The translations under genes and the position numbers were made by a program. Shown here one piece after another: positions 57,876 through 64,000 of a stretch of 64,000 nt of DNA. The notes beneath the pieces were generated by a model. It saw only the letters and a list, made by a program, of their open reading frames with translations. It made no database searches and was not told where the DNA came from. This DNA is from Peribolospora baueri (taxonomy: Eukaryota). The stretch is from contig JAMDHS010000013.1 in NCBI GenBank assembly GCA_029717555.1, positions 186,001 to 250,000 on the forward strand, read 5' to 3'. Numbering within the stretch: position 1 is the stretch's first letter; each line of letters opens with the position of its first letter.

Positions 57876-59969
57876 CCTGCCATCGACCGCACCAATTGAT
57901 TATTATGCCGGCGGCTGCGTGCGTGCGGGCGCGGCGGCGTCGCCATCACCGCCTCCGTCGTCCGAGGCTCACCGACCGGGACAGGCACACAACACAGACA
58001 GACAGACACATCGAGCAGGCAGCCAGACGCACACAGCTTGCATCCGCCGAGGGGTGGGCGGACCGAGGCGGAAGGGCGTCACGAAATGGGACGGCGATCA
58101 GCCGGAATCGAACTCTGACGCTTACGCTGGATAAACGGATCGAGACGGTACAGGACAGGTGACAATGGAATGGAGGATGTGTCCCGGCCAGCTGGCATCC
58201 CATATCCCATTCTCCCTCCCTCCGGCCGGCAAGCGAACCAGCGCCAGGCGCATAGCATAGCATACGCCATTATTATTTATTTAGATGGACGCCGGCAGCG
58301 GCAGCCGCAACGGCTCATGCCGTGTCGCGGTCACGCGGCCCGCCGTACGACCCTGCACAGCGATAGCGATGGACTGCTCATTTCGAAGAGGCCGCGCGGA
58401 GCATCGGAAGCGAGCGAATGGAAATGGAATGGAATGGGAACGGGAATGGGAGAGGCGCGGACGGAGCGGTGACGAGGATGGTGACGACGCCTTCCCCGGA
58501 CCGGCGTGCCCGAGTGGAGAGCGGAGACAGCCGTCCGCGGCGCGCTCGTGTGTCTGTCTACCTACGTCTCTATGTGAGTTGGTGTGTGTATGAGTGTGTA
58601 CGAGTGCGACGATCGTCCGCATTCCAGTGTTAAGTATTGTGTACTGGTATTGCGGGTCGCTGAAGTGCAGTGTCGCAAGCGAGAGCGAGTACCGAAAGAT
58701 TGCTGACATACTAATGTCGTCGCGGACTTCTTTGTCATCGTTGAGCGTGGCAACAAAGGGGCTCCAATCTCAATCTCAATCTGCACGGCGCTGTTGAACC
58801 ACTCGCAAGAAGGGGACTTTGCAAGAAGCCCGAATTTGTCAATGCCACCCCCGCCGGAGTCAGTCCCCGTCTTTCCTCCACAGTTCTCGAACGAACGAAA
58901 ACGACAAAGAGAGACGGACAGGCAAGAGCGAGAGAAGGAGGAAGCGACGACGCGGAGAGCGCCTGACGGACGCGACGTCCACCCCTCCTCGGTCCGGGGC
59001 GCCGGTAAGATCCGCGCCGGGACTCCTCTTTGCGTCTCATTCTCGTTATCGTTCTCGTCCTCTCCCCGATATCCTTCTCCTCTTTCCGTCCCCGCGTCTT
59101 CCCCACGTCTCCCAGTCTAAGCGAGGCAGGTACGTACGCGCGACGAGTGACGCAGGCGCAGACCTAGACGCAGACGCAGATCGCAGGTGCGTTCGCAAAA
59201 CAAGATCGCCGAACCAACCGACTTGAGTCTCGATGGTCTCTACGTACCGACGATCTTAGTTGCTGTAGCTTGTGCATGTGCAGCGAGCGAGCGAGCGAGC
59301 GTATGTATTGTGTGTACGTGTGGACGTGTGGACGTGTGTGTGTATGTGTACGCGTATGTGTATGTACGAGGCGAGACGGACAACGAACGCCGTCAACATC
59401 CCTCCCACATCACCACATCACCCGTGGCCCCCTTCTCCCCCGCACGCCGTCTGTTTCCATTTTTGGAAACCACCGACGACGATCGCACGCCCCGGTGCTC
59501 GCACATCGTGTGGGGCTCGGCTCGGCTCGGCTCGGTTTGACTTGACTTGAGTTAGCGCGGCGACGCGTGGCCGCATCGGGGACGGCGCGGCGATCTAACA
59601 AGACCCGCCGGCGATGGGCGTGCGTGCGTGGCTCGCTGGTCTGTCAGAAAGAAAAGAAGAAAGGAGGAAGGAAGGAAGGAGGATGGAGGGTTAGAGTCGC
59701 GACGACGGCGTTGGTGCGCCTGGCGGGAATCGCGTCACATGGCGAGGAGAGCGAGCGCAGGCGCGGGGAGAACGAAAAAAAGCACAAAAGAATTCGAGCG
59801 AGCGAGCGAGCGAGGGACCCCGCGGTGCTGGCTACCTTCGACCTTCCAGATGCGTCGCCCGGCAGGATCACCGACCTCGTACATACCCTCCTTCTGGCCC
59901 AAGTGGCGACGGTATCAAGTAGTATTACATTCATCGTCGATAGACATACAAACCCACCCTCCCCCTCGA

Positions 59970-62387
<2,418 letters not shown>

Positions 62388-62685
62388 CTGGGCGTAAACC
62401 AACGCTAGGAGGACGGAAGGAGAGCCAATGTCTGCCCAGGAAGCAACAGACAGAAGATCGGATCAGCCGTCGATGTTGATGTCCATGAGGAAGGGGAGAA
62501 AGGAAAGCGATAAACCGTGGAGATGGCGCGCTGCTGCGGTAGCCAAACCTCGCTCGGGCCACCCGTCGATCGGCGCAGAGACGTCTTCCATTCGCACCCA
62601 TCATCACTTCGAAGTCGAAACTACTCCACATTCCTCTCTCGTACTTTTAACTACGGCCTCGTCACTGCAGTGCAAGTCAGTCCAA

Positions 62686-63864
62686 ATGCGTGAGTTATAA
62701 GCATGTGGAGACAGGCGAGGGAGGGCCCGTCCGGAGATTCGTCCTCTTGCCTCACGTGGCGTGCTTTCCCAATTCGTTGACCGGTCCATCCGACAATGAT
62801 GCGACTGAACGGACTGTTCACTTGCTTTCTTCCCCCTGCTCTCTGGTTTTCCTATCGATGGCGAATTTGCCCACGCCTCTCCTCTGCTACCTGCACAGGT
62901 GCCTGGTCATTGTGGATATTCGATCGACACTGCGAAGCCATTTTTCACGCCGACTGGACCCACGGTTTCGGAACCGGATCAACTAACAATGCGAGGGTGC
63001 CTGGCGCTCCGACGAGGCGCCGGACAGGAGGGACCACCATGCCTTCTGTGACCCGGTCCGTTGTTGTCTCCGGGGCTGACGGGTTGGCCGCCGTGGCCAG
63101 CGATGGTGGGCTTGCGGGAGCAGCGGGGCCAGGGGGAAGTAAAGAGTTGCCGTTCGACGAGGAGGCAAAGCTGGTGTACGGAGTAGTGTTCTCGCTGAGG
63201 AATATGGTAAGGAAGCTGGGTGGGAAGTGAGTATGTTGCTCCATCCGTCCGTCCGTCCAGAAGGGCGCGTGCTGATCATATCGCTCTCGTCTTTTCCCTT
63301 CCGTACCGCGCGCGCAGAGACGAGACATTCCAATCCTATACCACCTCGACGTACACGCTCTCTCATCTCCACACGCCCACCCAATACACTTTTGTTCTCC
63401 TCACCGACCCACTCCCATCCCACTTACCTCCTTCCGCCAACCCGTCCGCATCTTCTGGTGGCGCAGGCGGAGGCTATTCCACAGCCTCCGCCTCATATGA
63501 CCAGCCCTCTTCGGCTAGCCTGCGTAACGTCCTTCGACAGATTTACACGGGCCCCTTTCTCGAGTTTGTCGTTCGAAACCCTATCGGGAGCATGGAAGGG
63601 GAAGGGAAGAAGAGAGAGGAAGGGGTGGATTCGGACATGTTCAGGGAGGGCGTAGAAGCGAGTGAGTAACGTCCGAGTCAGCGCTAAGGCGCGGCCGACC
63701 TACGCCACATAGGAGCGTGTATTCAAGCGTAAACGAGCCGTGTGACGGTCGACGTAAGCTAACCTGCCCGTCTTCCGGTCTCGCCCTTCGCCACATCGTC
63801 CCGAACCACAGCGTTAGCGCACAACAAATTGCAAGCGCCCAACCTAGCGCAAGGCCCCGTCTGA
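62686..63864 (+). CDS. BET5: TRAPP complex subunit (sybindin-like, Bet5/TRAPPC1); last exon tentative
   Basis: 4-nt first coding exon ATGC|GTGAGT spliced to give MRAWSLWIFDRHCEAIF, then EEAKLVYGVVFSLRNMVRKL, YTTSTYTLSHLHTPTQYTFVLLTDP and FLEFVVRNP. Confidence 0.87.
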
Positions 63865-64000
63865 TCTCGTCCACGTACAGGATGCGACGAACGCCACATG
63901 TACTGCACATCTGACTCCGGGGAGGAAACTACAGAGCTGCGATACCCTCGAGGAAGCCTGTGATCGTGGTCCGTCTGAGGGCCGAGTCTTCTCCCACAAG

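Noticed and set aside
26546..59360. Many short tandem repeats as CRISPR-like or structured arrays
   Set aside because: They are simple microsatellites with no repeat-spacer organisation, in a eukaryotic context.

Overview
GC-rich, intron-rich fungal genomic DNA. It is a basidiomycete, most plausibly Ustilaginomycotina, inferred from the GTGAGT/GTGCGT...YAG introns of about 80-200 nt and the gene content. The window holds about 19 protein-coding genes, nearly all spliced: siderophore-iron MFS transporter (partial), HEM1, MET16, INO1, ANT1-like peroxisomal carrier, an EEP-family hydrolase, TRM10, YAT1/FacC-type carnitine acetyltransferase, SNZ1/PDX1, a secreted GPI-type protein with LssY_C-like motifs, a mitochondrial YCII protein, class 2 DHODH, FOX2/MFE2, a PARL/PCP1 rhomboid, an STL1-like sugar porter, two large low-complexity orphan proteins, GCN5 and BET5/TRAPPC1. 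A 2.15-kb AT-richer Ty3/Gypsy relic (13390-15543) is scrambled. Its LTR-like ends are inverted rather than direct, a 1-kb internal block is flipped between an 11-bp inverted repeat, and it retains a Tf1/sushi-type self-priming signature. The best candidates for unexplained regulatory biology are a spliced non-AUG uORF with alternative acceptors in the INO1 leader and a TCACGTG+CCAAT composite element recurring in four promoters. Exon boundaries were read by eye and are not confirmed by transcript data. No rRNA, tRNA or CRISPR array was recognised.
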